A DNA stretch of 64,000 nucleotides, from positions 1,488,001-1,552,000 of the forward strand of contig OZ059899.1 in the NCBI GenBank assembly GCA_964057225.1, in the 5' to 3' direction. Shown here one piece after another: positions 26,701 to 39,700 of this stretch. Positions within the stretch are counted from its first letter, which is position 1; every line of letters starts with the position of its first letter. Below the pieces are notes generated by a model. That model did no database searches. It was not told the origin of the DNA and saw only the letters and a list, made by a program, of their open reading frames with translations. The position numbers were made by a program, and so were the translations under genes. This DNA is from Auanema rhodensis. Lineage: Eukaryota > Animalia > Nematoda.

Positions 26701-29700
26701 TGTTTTTAGATTCCATTTTTCAAGGCAAAGACGATGGAAAATGTTATTCGACGAAAAAAATAATTCTTCAGGGTGAAAATCGAGGATATAAGTGTGAACT
26801 TATATCAGTTGATATCTCGGTGCATTTTTAAGCTAGCGCAAATCTGATAACACAGATCGACGCAGCTTAAAAATCCGCATCGAATGCACTATACTACATT
26901 GAGAAACGCTTAAAACACAAATTAGTTATGATCGTTTGAAAAATGATGCATTAGTGTATGTTGAGTTTCCATGTACACTCAACATTGCTTCCAAGAACAT
27001 TTTGACAAAAATTTTTTCGAAAAATTTCAAAATAATTTAGCAAAAAGTAGATGTTTTTAGATTCCATTTTTCAAGGCAAAGACGATGGACAATGTTATTC
27101 GACGAAAAAAATAATTCTTCAGGGTGAAAATCGAGTATATAAGTGTGAACTTATATCAGTTGATATCTCGGTGCATTTTTAAGCTAGCGCAAATCTGATA
27201 ACACAGATCGACGCAGCTTAAAAATCCGCATCGAATGCACTATACTACATTAAGAAACGCTTAATACACAAATTAGTTATGATCGTTTGAAAAATGATGC
27301 ATTAGTGTATGTTGAGTTTCCATGTACACTCAACATTGCTTCCAAGAACATTTTGACAAAAATTTTTTCGAAAAATTTCAAAATAATTTAGCAAAAAGTA
27401 GATGTTTTTAGATTCCATTTTTCAAGGCAAAGACGATGGAAAATGTTATTCGACGAAAAAAATAATTCTTCAGGGTGAAAATCGAGGATATAAGTGTGAA
27501 CTTATATCAGTTGATATCTCGGTGCATTTTTAAGCTAGCGCAAATCTGATAACACAGATCGACGCAGCTTAAAAATCCGCATCGAATGCACTATACTACA
27601 TTGAGAAACGCTTAAAACACAAATTAGTTATGATCGTTTGAAAAATGATGCATTAGTGTATGTTGAGTTTCCATGTACACTCAACATTGCTTCCAAAAAC
27701 ATTTTGACAAAAATTTTTTCGAAACATTTCAAAATAATTTAGCAAAAAGTAGATGTTTTTAGATTCCTTTTTTCAAGGCAAAAACGATGGACAATGTTAT
27801 TCAACGAAAAAATTAATTCTTCAGGGTGAAAATCGGGTATATATGTGTGAACTTATATCAGTTGATATCTCGGTGCATTTTTAAGCTAGCGCAAATCTGA
27901 TAACACAGATCGACGCAGCTTAAAAATCCGCATCGAATGCACTATACTACATTGAGAAACGCTTAATACACAAATTAGTTATGATCGTTTGAAAAATGAT
28001 GCATTAGTGTATGTTGAGTTTCCATGTACACTCAACATTGCTTCCAAGAACATTTTGACAAAAATTTTTTCGAAAAATTTCAAAATAATTTAGCAAAAAG
28101 TAGATGTTTTTAGATTCCATTTTTCAAGGCAAAGACGATGGAAAATGTTATTCGACGAAAAAAATAATTCTTCAGGGTGAAAATCGAGGATATAAGTGTG
28201 AACTTATATCAGTTGATATCTCGGTGCATTTTTAAGCTAGCGCAAATCTGATAACACAGATCGACGCAGCTTAAAAATCCGCATCGAATGCACTATACTA
28301 CATTGAGAAACGCTTAAAACACAAATTAGTTATGATCGTTTGAAAAATGATGCATTAGTGTATGTTGAGTTTCCATGTACACTCAACATTGCTTCCAAGA
28401 ACATTTTGACAAAAATTTTTTCGAAAAATTTCAAAATAATTTAGCAAAAAGTAGATGTTTTTAGATTCCATTTTTCAAGGCAAAGACGATGGAAAATGTT
28501 ATTCGACGAAAAAAATAATTCTTCAGGGTGAAAATCGAGGATATAAGTGTGAACTTATATCAGTTGATATCTCGGTGCATTTTTAAGCTAGCGCAAATCT
28601 GATAACACAGATCGACGCAGCTTAAAAATCCGCATCGAATGCACTATACTACATTGAGAAACGCTTAAAACACAAATTAGTTATGATCGTTTGAAAAATG
28701 ATGCATTAGTGTATGTTGAGTTTCCATGTACACTCAACATTGCTTCCAAGAACATTTTGACAAAAATTTTTTCGAAAAATTTCAAAATAATTTAGCAAAA
28801 AGTAGATGTTTTTAGATTCCATTTTTCAAGGCAAAGACGATGGACAATGTTATTCGACGAAAAAAATAATTCTTCAGGGTGAAAATCGAGTATATAAGTG
28901 TGAACTTATATCAGTTGATATCTCGGTGCATTTTTAAGCTAGCGCAAATCTGATAACACAGATCGACGCAGCTTAAAAATCCGCATCGAATGCACTATAC
29001 TACATTGAGAAACGCTTAAAACACAAATTAGTTATGATCGTTTGAAAAATGATGCATTAGTGTATGTTGAGTTTCCATGTACACTCAACATTGCTTCCAA
29101 GAACATTTTGACAAAAATTTTTTCGAAAAATTTCAAAATAATTTAGTAAAAAGTAGATGTTTTTAGATTCCATTTTTCAAGGCAAAGACGATGGAAAATG
29201 TTATTCGACGAAAAAAATAATTCTTCAGGGTGAAAATCGAGGATATAAGTGTGAACTTATATCAGTTGATATCTCGGTGCATTTTTAAGCTAGCGCAAAT
29301 CTGATAACACAGATCGACGCAGCTTAAAAATCCGCATCGAATGCACTATACTACATTGAGAAACGCTTAAAACACAAATTAGTTATGATCGTTTGAAAAA
29401 TGATGCATTAGTGTATGTTGAGTTTCCATGTACACTCAACATTGCTTCCAAGAACATTTTGACAAAAATTTTTTCGAAAAATTTCAAAATAATTTAGCGA
29501 AAAGTAGATGTTTTTAGATTCCATTTTTCAAGGCAAAGACGATGGACAATGTTATTCGACGAAAAAAATAATTCTTCAGGGTGAAAATCGAGTATATAAG
29601 TGTGAACTTATATCAGTTGATATCTCGGTGCATTTTTAAGCTAGCGCAAATCTGATAACACAGATCGACGCAGCTTAAAAATCCGCATCGAATGCACTAT

Positions 29701-30770
29701 ACTACATTGAGAAACGCTTAATACACAAATTAGTTATGATCGTTTGAAAAATGATGCATTAGTGTATGTTGAGTTTCCATGTACACTCAACATTGCTTCC
29801 AAGAACATTTTGACAAAAATTTTTTCGAAAAATTTCAAAATAATTTAGCAAAAAGTAGATGTTTTTAGATTCCATTTTTCAAGGCAAAGACGATGGAAAA
29901 TGTTATTCGACGAAAAAAATAATTCTTCAGGGTGAAAATCGAGGATATAAGTGTGAACTTATATCAGTTGATATCTCGGTGCATTTTTAAGCTAGCGCAA
30001 ATCTGATAACACAGATCGACGCAGCTTAAAAATCCGCATCGAATGCACTATACTACATTGAGAAACGCTTAAAACACAAATTAGTTATGATCGTTTGAAA
30101 AATGATGCATTAGTGTATGTTGAGTTTCCATGTACACTCAACATTGCTTCCAAGAACATTTTGACAAAAATTTTTTCGAAAAATTTCAAAATAATTTAGC
30201 AAAAAGTAGATGTTTTTAGATTCCATTTTTCAAGGCAAAGACGATGGACAATGTTATTCGACGAAAAAAATAATTCTTCAGGGTGAAAATCGAGTATATA
30301 AGTGTGAACTTATATCAGTTGATATCTCGGTGCATTTTTAAGCTAGCGCAAATCTGATAACACAGATCGACGCAGCTTAAAAATCCGCATCGAATGCACT
30401 ATACTACATTGAGAAACGCTTAATACACAAATTAGTTATGATCGTTTGAAAAATGATGCATTAGTGTATGTTGAGTTTCCATGTACACTCAACATTGCTT
30501 CCAAGAACATTTTGACAAAAATTTTTTCGAAAAATTTCAAAATAATTTAGCAAAAAGTAGATGTTTTTAGATTCCATTTTTCAAGGCAAAGACGATGGAA
30601 AATGTTATTCGACGAAAAAAATAATTCTTCAGGGTGAAAATCGAGGATATAAGTGTGAACTTATATCAGTTGATATCTCGGTGCATTTTTAAGCTAGCGC
30701 AAATCTGATAACACAGATCGACGCAGCTTAAAAATCCGCATCGAATGCACTATACTACATTGAGAAACGC
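23751..30770. repeat. Subfamily E domain (~20 monomers, largely alternating dimer)
   Basis: Markers are ACACAAATT, CCAAGAAC, TTCGACG and AAAATAATTC. GGAAAAT/GGACAAT and GAGGA/GAGTA alternate between monomers. Confidence 0.85.
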
Positions 30771-33700
30771 ATAATACAAAAATTAGTTATGATCGTTTGA
30801 AAAATGATGCATTAGTGTATGTTGAGTTTCCATGTACACTCAACATTGCTTCCAAAAACATTTTGACAAAAATTTTTTCGAAAAATTTCAAATTAATTTA
30901 GCAAAAAGTAGATGTTTTTAGATTCCTTTATTCAAGGCAAAGACGATGGACAATGTTATTCAACGAAAAAATTAATTCTTCAGGGTGAAAATCGAGGATA
31001 TAAGTGTGAACTTATATCAGTTGATATCTCGGTGCATTTTTAAGCTAGCGCAAATCTGATAACACAGATCGACGCAGCTTAAAAATCCGCATCGAATGCA
31101 CTATACTACATTGAGAAACGCATAATACAAAAATTAGTTATGATCGTTTGAAAAATGATGCATTAGTGTATGTTGAGTTTCCATGTACACTCAACATTGC
31201 TTCCAAAAACATTTTGACAAAAATTTTTTCGAAAAATTTCAAAATAATTTAGCAAAAAGTAGATGTTTTTAGATTCCTTTTTTCAAGGCAAAGACGATGG
31301 ACAATGTTATTCAACGAAAAAATTATTCCTTCAGGGTGAAAATCGAGGATATAAGTGTGAACTTATATCAGTTGATATCTCGGTGCATTTTTAAGCTAGC
31401 GCAAATCTGATAACAGAGATCGACGCAGCTCAAAAATCCGCATCGAATGCACTATACTACATTGAGAAACGCTTAATACAAAAATCAGTTATGATCGTTT
31501 GAAAAATGATGCATTAGTGTATGTTGAGTTTCCATGTACACTCAACAATGCTTCCAAAAACATTTTGACAAAAATTTTTTCGAAAAATTTCAAAATAATT
31601 TAGCAAAAAGTAGATGTTTTTAGATTCCATTTTTCAAGGCAAAGACGATGGACAATGTTATTCAACGAAAAAATTATTTCTTCAGGATGAAAATCGAGGA
31701 TATAAGTGTGAACTTATATCAGTTGATATCTCGGTGCATTTTTAAGCTAGCGCAAATCTGATAACACAGATCGACGCAGCTTAAAAATCCGCATCGAATG
31801 CACTATACTACATTGAGAAACGCTTAATACAAAAATTAGTTATGATCGTTTGAAAAATGATGCATTAGTGTATGTTGAGTTTCCATGTACACTCAACATT
31901 GCTTCCAAAAACATTTTGACAAAAATTTTTTCGAAAAATTTCAGAATAATTTAGCAAAAAGTAGATGTTTTTAGATTCCTTTTTTCAAGGCAAAGACGAT
32001 GGACAATGTTATTCAACGAAAAAATTATTTCTTCAGGGTGAAAATCGAGGATATAAGTGTGAACTTATATCAGTTGATATCTCGGTGCATTTTTAAGCTA
32101 GCGCAAATCTGATAACACAGATCGACGCAGCTTAAAAATCCGCATCGAATGCACTATACTACATTGAGAAACGCATAATACAAAAATTAGTTATGATCGT
32201 TTGAAAAATGATGCATTAGTGTATGTTGAGTTTCCATGTACACTCAACATTGCTTCCAAAAACATTTTGACAAAAATTTTTTCGAAAAATTTCAAAATAA
32301 TTTAGCAAAAAGTAGATGTTTTTAGATTCCTTTTTTCAAGGCAAAGACGATGGACAATGTTATTCAACGAAAAAATTATTCCTTCAGGGTGAAAATCGAG
32401 GATATAAGTGTGAACTTATATCAGTTGATATCTCGGTGCATTTTTAAGCTAGCGCAAATCTGATAACAGAGATCGACGCAGCTCAAAAATCCGCATCGAA
32501 TGCACTATACTACATTGAGAAACGCATAATACAAAAATTAGTTATGATCGTTTGAAAAATGATGCATTAGTGTATGTTGAGTTTCCATGTACACTCAACA
32601 TTGCTTCCAAAAACATTTTGACAAAAATTTTTTCGAAAAATTTCAAAATAATTTAGCAAAAAGTAGATGTTTTTAGATTCCTTTTTTCAAGGCAAAGACG
32701 ATGGACAATGTTATTCAACGAAAAAATTATTCCTTCAGGGTGAAAATCGAGGATATAAGTGTGAACTTATATCAGTTGATATCTCGGTGCATTTTTAAGC
32801 TAGCGCAAATCTGATAACAGAGATCGACGCAGCTTAAAAATCCGCATCGAATGCACTATTCTACATTGAGAAACGCATAATACAAAAATTAGTTATGATC
32901 GTTTGAAAAATGATGCATTAGTGTATGTTGAGTTTCCATGTACACTCAACATTGCTTCCAAAAACATTTTGACAAAAATTTTTTCGAAAAATTTCAAAAT
33001 AATTTAGCAAAAAGTAGATGTTTTTAGATTCCTTTTTTCAAGGCAAAGACGATGGACAATGTTATTCAACGAAAAAATTATTCCTTCAGGGTGAAAATCG
33101 AGGATATAAGTGTGAACTTATATCAGTTGATATCTCGGTGCATTTTTAAGCTAGCGCAAATCTGATAACAGAGATCGACGCAGCTCAAAAATCCGCATCG
33201 AATGCACTATACTACATTGAGAAACGCTTAATACAAAAATTAGTTATGATCGTTTGAAAAATGATGCATTAGTGTATGTTGAGTTTCCATGTACACTCAA
33301 CAATGCTTCCAAAAACATTTTGACAAAAATTTTTTCGAAAAATTTCAAGATAATTTAGCAAAAAGTAGATGTTTTTAGATTCCATTTTTCAAGGCAAAGA
33401 CGATGGACAATGTTATTCAACGAAAAAATTATTTCTTCAGGGTGAAAATCGAGGATATAAGTGTGAACTTATATCAGTTGATATCTCGGTGCATTTTTAA
33501 GCTAGCGCAAATCTGATAACACAGATCGACGCAGCTTAAAAATCCGCATCGAATGCACTATACTACATTGAGAAACGCTTAATACAAAAATTAGTTATGA
33601 TCGTTTGAAAAATGATGCATTAGTGTATGTTGAGTTTCCATGTACACTCAACATTGCTTCCAAAAACATTTTGACAAAAATTTTTTCGAAAAATTTCAGA

Positions 33701-36700
33701 ATAATTTAGCGAAAAGTAGATGTTTTTAGATTCCTTCTTTCAAGGCAAAGACGATGGACAATGTTATTCAACGAAAAAATTATTTCTTCAGGGTGAAAAT
33801 CGAGGATATAAGTGTGAACTTATATCAGTTGATATCTCGGTGCATTTTTAAGCTAGCGCAAATCTGATAACACAGATCGACGCAGCTTAAAAATCCGCAT
33901 CGAATGCACTATACTACATTGAGAAACGCATAATACAAAAATTAGTTATGATCGTTTGAAAAATGATGCATTAGTGTATGTTGAGTTTCCATGTACACTC
34001 AACATTGCTTCCAAAAACATTTTGACAAAAATTTTTTCGAAAAATTTCAAAATAATTTAGCAAAAAGTAGATGTTTTTAGATTCCTTTTTTCAAGGCAAA
34101 GACGATGGACAATGTTATTCAACGAAAAAATTATTCCTTCAGGGTGAAAATCGAGGATATAAGTGTGAACTTATATCAGTTGATATCTCGGTGCATTTTT
34201 AAGCTAGCGCAAATCTGATAACAGAGATCGACGCAGCTTAAAAATCCGCATCGAATGCACTATACTACATTGAGAAACGCTTAATACAAAAATTAGTTAT
34301 GATCGTTTGAAAAATGATGCATTAGTGTATGTTGAGTTTCCATGTACACTCAACATTGCTTCCAAAAACATTTTGACAAAAATTTTTTCGAAAAATTTCA
34401 AAATAATTTAGCAAAAAGTAGATGTTTTTAGATTCCTTTATTCAAGGCAAAGACGATGGACAATGTTATTCAACGAAAAAATTAATTCTTCAGGGTGAAA
34501 ATCGAGGATATAAGTGTGAACTTATATCAGTTGATATCTCGGTGCATTTTTAAGCTAGCGCAAATCTGATAACACAGATCGACGCAGCTTAAAAATCCGC
34601 ATCGAATGCACTATACTACATTGAGAAACGCATAATACAAAAATTAGTTATGATCGTTTGAAAAATGATGCATTAGTGTATGTTGAGTTTCCATGTACAC
34701 TCAACATTGCTTCCAAAAACATTTTGACAAAAATTTTTTCGAAAAATTTCAAAATAATTCAGCAAAAAGTAGATGTTTTTAGATTCCTTTTTTCAAGGCA
34801 AAGACGATGGACAATGTTATTTAACGAAAAAATTATTCCTTCAGGGTGAAAATCGAGGATATAAGTGTGAACTTATATCAGTTGATATCTCGGTGCATTT
34901 TTAAGCTAGCGCAAATCTGATAACAGAGATCGACGCAGCTCAAAAATCCGCATCGAATGCACTATACTACATTGAGAAACGCTTAATACAAAAATTAGTT
35001 ATGATCGTTTGAAAAATGATGCATTAGTGTATGTTGAGTTTCCATGTACACTCAACAATGCTTCCAAAAACATTTTGACAAAAATTTTTTCGAAAAATTT
35101 CAAAATAATTTAGCAAAAAGTAGATGTTTTTAGATTCCATTTTTCAAGGCAAAGACGATGGACAATGTTAATCAACGAAAAAATTATTTCTTCAGGGTGA
35201 AAATCGAGGATATAAGTGTGAACTTATATCAGTTGATATCTCGGTGCATTTTTAAGCTAGCGCAAATCTGATAACACAGATCGACGCAGCTTAAAAATCC
35301 GCATCGAATGCACTATACTACATTGAGAAACGCATAATACAAAAATTAGTTATGATCGTTTGAAAAATGATGCATTAGTGTATGTTGAGTTTCCATGTAC
35401 ACTCAACATTGCTTCCAAAAACATTTTGACAAAAATTTTTTCGAAAAATTTCAAAATAATTTAGCAAAAAGTAGATGTTTTTAGATTCCTTTTTTCAAGG
35501 CAAAGACGATGGACAATGTTATTCAACGAAAAAATTATTCCTTCAGGGTGAAAATCGAGGATATAAGTGTGAACTTATATCAGTTGATATCTCGGTGCAT
35601 TTTTAAGCTAGCGCAAATCTGATAACAGAGATCTACGCAGCTCAAAAATCCGCATCGAATGCACTATACTACATTGAGAAACGCTTAATACAAAAATTAG
35701 TTATGATCGTTTGAAAAATGATGCATTAGTGTATGTTGAGTTTCCATGTACACTCAACAATGCTTCCAAAAACATTTTGACAAAAATTTTTTCGAAAAAT
35801 TTCAAAATAATTTAGCAAAAAGTAGATGTTTTTAGATTCCATTTTTCAAGGCAAAGACGATGGACAATGTTATTCAACGAAAAAATCATTTCTTCAGGGT
35901 GAAAATCGAGGATATAAGTGTGAACTTATATCAGTTGATATCTCGGTGCATTTTTAAGCTAGCGCAAATCTGATAACACAGATCGACGCAGCTTAAAAAT
36001 CCGCATCGAATGCACTATACTACATTGAGAAACGCTTAATACAAAAATTAGTTATGATCGTTTGAAAAATGATGCATTAGTGTATGTTGAGTTTCCATGT
36101 ACACTCAACATTGCTTCCAAAAACATTTTGACAAAAATTTTTTCGAAAAATTTCAGAATAATTTAGCAAAAAGTAGATGTTTTTAGATTCCTTTTTTCAA
36201 GGCAAAGATGATGGACAATGTTATTCAACGAAAAAATTATTTCTTCAGGGTGAAAATCGAGGATATAAGTGTGAACTTATATCAGTTGATATCTCGGTGC
36301 ATTTTTAAGCTAGCGCAAATCTGATAACACAGATCGACGCAGCTTAAAAATCCGCATCGAATGCACTATACTACATTGAGAAACGCATAATACAAAAATT
36401 AGTTATGATCGTTTGAAAAATGATGCATTAGTGTATGTTGAGTTTCCATGTACACTCAACATTGCTTCCAAAAACATTTTGACAAAAATTTTTTCGAAAA
36501 ATTTCAAAATAATTTAGCAAAAAGTAGATGTTTTTAGATTCCTTTTTTCAAGGCAAAGACGATGGACAATGTTATTCAACGAAAAAATTATTCCTTCAGG
36601 GTGAAAATCGAGGATATAAGTGTGAACTTATATCAGTTGATATCTCGGTGCATTTTTAAACTAGCGCAAATCTGATAACAGAGATCGACGCAGCTTAAAA

Positions 36701-39700
36701 ATCCGCATCGAATGCACTATACTACATTGAGAAACGCATAATACAAAAATTAGTTATGATCGTTTGAAAAATGATGCATTAGTGTATGTTGAGTTTCCAT
36801 GTACACTCAACATTGGTTCCAAAAACATTTTGACAAAAATTTTTTCGAAAAATTTCAAAATAATTTAGCAAAAAGTAGATGTTTTTAGATTCCTTTTTTC
36901 AAGGCAAAGACGATGGACAATGTTATTCAACGAAAAAATTATTCCTTCAGGGTGAAAATCGAGGATATAAGTGTGAACTTATATCAGTTGATATCTCGGT
37001 GCATTTTTAAGCTAGCGCAAATCTGATAACACAGATCGACGCAGCTTAAAAATCCGCATCGAATGCACTATACTACATTGAGAAACGCTTAATACAAAAA
37101 TTAGTTATGATCGTTTGAAAAATGATGCATTAGTGTATGTTGAGTTTCCATGTACACTCAACATTGCTTCCAAAAACATTTTGACAAAAATTTTTTCGAA
37201 AAATTTCAGAATAATTTAGCAAAAAGTAGATGTTTTTAGATTCCTTTTTTCAAGGCAAAGACGATGGACAATGTTATTCAACGAAAAAATTATTTCTTCA
37301 GGGTGAAAATCGAGGATATAAGTGTGAACTTATATCAGTTGATATCTCGGTGCATTTTTAAGCTAGCGCAAATCTGATAACACAGATCGACGCAGCTTAA
37401 AAATCCGCATCGAATGCACTATACTACATTGAGAAACGCATAATACAAAAATTAGTTATGATCGTTTGAAAAATGATGCATTAGTGTATGTTGAGTTTCC
37501 ATGTACACTCAACATTGCTTCCAAAAACATTTTGACAAAAATTTTTTCGAAAAATTTCAAAATAATTTAGCAAAAAGTAGATGTTTTTAGATTCCTTTTT
37601 TCAAGGCAAAGACGATGGACAATGTTATTCAACGAAAAAATTATTCCTTCAGGGTGAAAATCGAGGATATAAGTGTGAACTTATATCAGTTGATATCTCG
37701 GTGCATTTTTAAGCTAGCGCAAATCTGATAACAGAGATCGACGCAGCTCGAAAATCCGCATCGAATGCACTATACTACATTGAGAAACGCATAATACAAA
37801 AATTAGTTATGATCGTTTGAAAAATGATGCATTAGTGTATGTTGAGTTTCCATGTACACTCAACATTGCTTCCAAAAACATTTTGACAAAAATTTTTTCA
37901 AAAAATTTCAAAATAATTTAGCAAAAAGTAGATGTTTTTAGATTCCTTTTTTCAAGGCAAAGACGATGGACAATGTTATTCAACGAAAAAATTATTCCTT
38001 CAGGGTGAAAATCGAGGATATAAGTGTGAACTTATATCAGTTGATATCTCGGTACATTTTTAAGCTAGCGCAAATCTGATAACAGAGATCGACGCACCTT
38101 AAAAATCCGCATCGAATGCACTATACTACATTGAGAAACGCTTAATACAAAAATTAGTTATGATCGTTTGAAAAATGATGCATTAGTGTATGTTGAGTTT
38201 CCATGTACACTCAACATTGCTTCCAAAAACATTTTGACAAAAATTTTTTCGAAAAATTTCAAAATAATTTAGCAAAAAGTAGATGTTTTTAGATTCCTTT
38301 ATTCAAGGCAAAGACGATGGACAATGTTATTCAACGAAAAAATTAATTCTTCAGGGTGAAAATCGAGGATATAAGTGTGAACTTATATCAGTTGATATCT
38401 CGGTGCATTTTTAAGCTAGCGCAAATCTGATAACACAGATCGACGCAGCTTAAAAATCCGCATCGAATGCACTATACTACATTGAGAAACGCATAATACA
38501 AAAATTAGTTATGATCGTTTGAAAAATGATGCATTAGTGTATGTTGAGTTTCCATGTACACTCAACATTGCTTCCAAAAACATTTTGACAAAAATTTTTT
38601 CGAAAAATTTCAAAATAATTTAGCAAAAAGTAGATGTTTTTAGATTCCTTTTTTCAAGGCAAAGACGATGGACAATGTTATTCAACGAAAAAATTATTCC
38701 TTCAGGGTGAAAATCGAGGATATAAGTGTGAACTTATATCAGTTGATATCTCGGTGCATTTTTAAGCTAGCGCAAATCTGATAACAGAGATCGACGCAGC
38801 TCAAAAATCCGCATCGAATGCACTAAACTACATTGAGAAACGCTTGATACAAAAATTAGTTATGATCCTTTGAAAAATGATGCATTAGTGTATGTTGAGT
38901 TTCCATGTACACTCAACAATGCTTCCAAAAACATTTTGACAAAAATTTTTTCGAAAAATTTCAAAATAATTTAGCAAAAAGTAGATGTTTTTAGATTCCA
39001 TTTTTCAAGGCAAAGACGATGGACAATGTTATTCAACGAAAAAATTATTCCTTCAGGGTGAAAATCGAGGATATAAGTGTGAACTTATATCAGTTGATAT
39101 CTCGGTGCATTTTTAAGCTAGCGCAAATCTGATAACACAGATCGACGCAGCTTAAAAATCCGCATCGAATGCACTATACTACATTGAGAAACGCTTAATA
39201 CAAAAATTAGTTATGATCGTTTGAAAAATGATGCATTAGTGTATGTTGAGTTTCCATGTACACTCAACATTGCTTCCAAAAACATTTTGACAAAAATTTT
39301 TTCGAAAAATTTCAGAATAATTTAGCAAAAAGTAGATGTTTTTAGATTCCTTTTTTCAAGGCAAAGACGATGGACAATGTTATTCAACGAAAAAATTATT
39401 TCTTCAGGGTGAAAATCGAGGATATAAGTGTGAACTTATATCAGTTGATATCTCGGTGCATTTTTAAGCTAGCGCAAATCTGATAACACAGATCGACGCA
39501 GCTTAAAAATCCGCATCGAATGCACTATACTACATTGAGAAACGCATAATACAAAAATTAGTTATGATCGTTTGAAAAATGATGCATTAGTGTATGTTGA
39601 GTTTCCATGTACACTCAACATTGCTTCCAAAAACATTTTGACAAAAATTTTTTCGAAAAATTTCAAAATAATTTAGCAAAAAGTAGATGTTTTTAGATTC

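Noticed and set aside
34658-34849. Fifth 63-aa ORF
   Set aside because: It is the same repeat-derived frame, opened by a singleton TAG>CAG change. There is no support for coding function.
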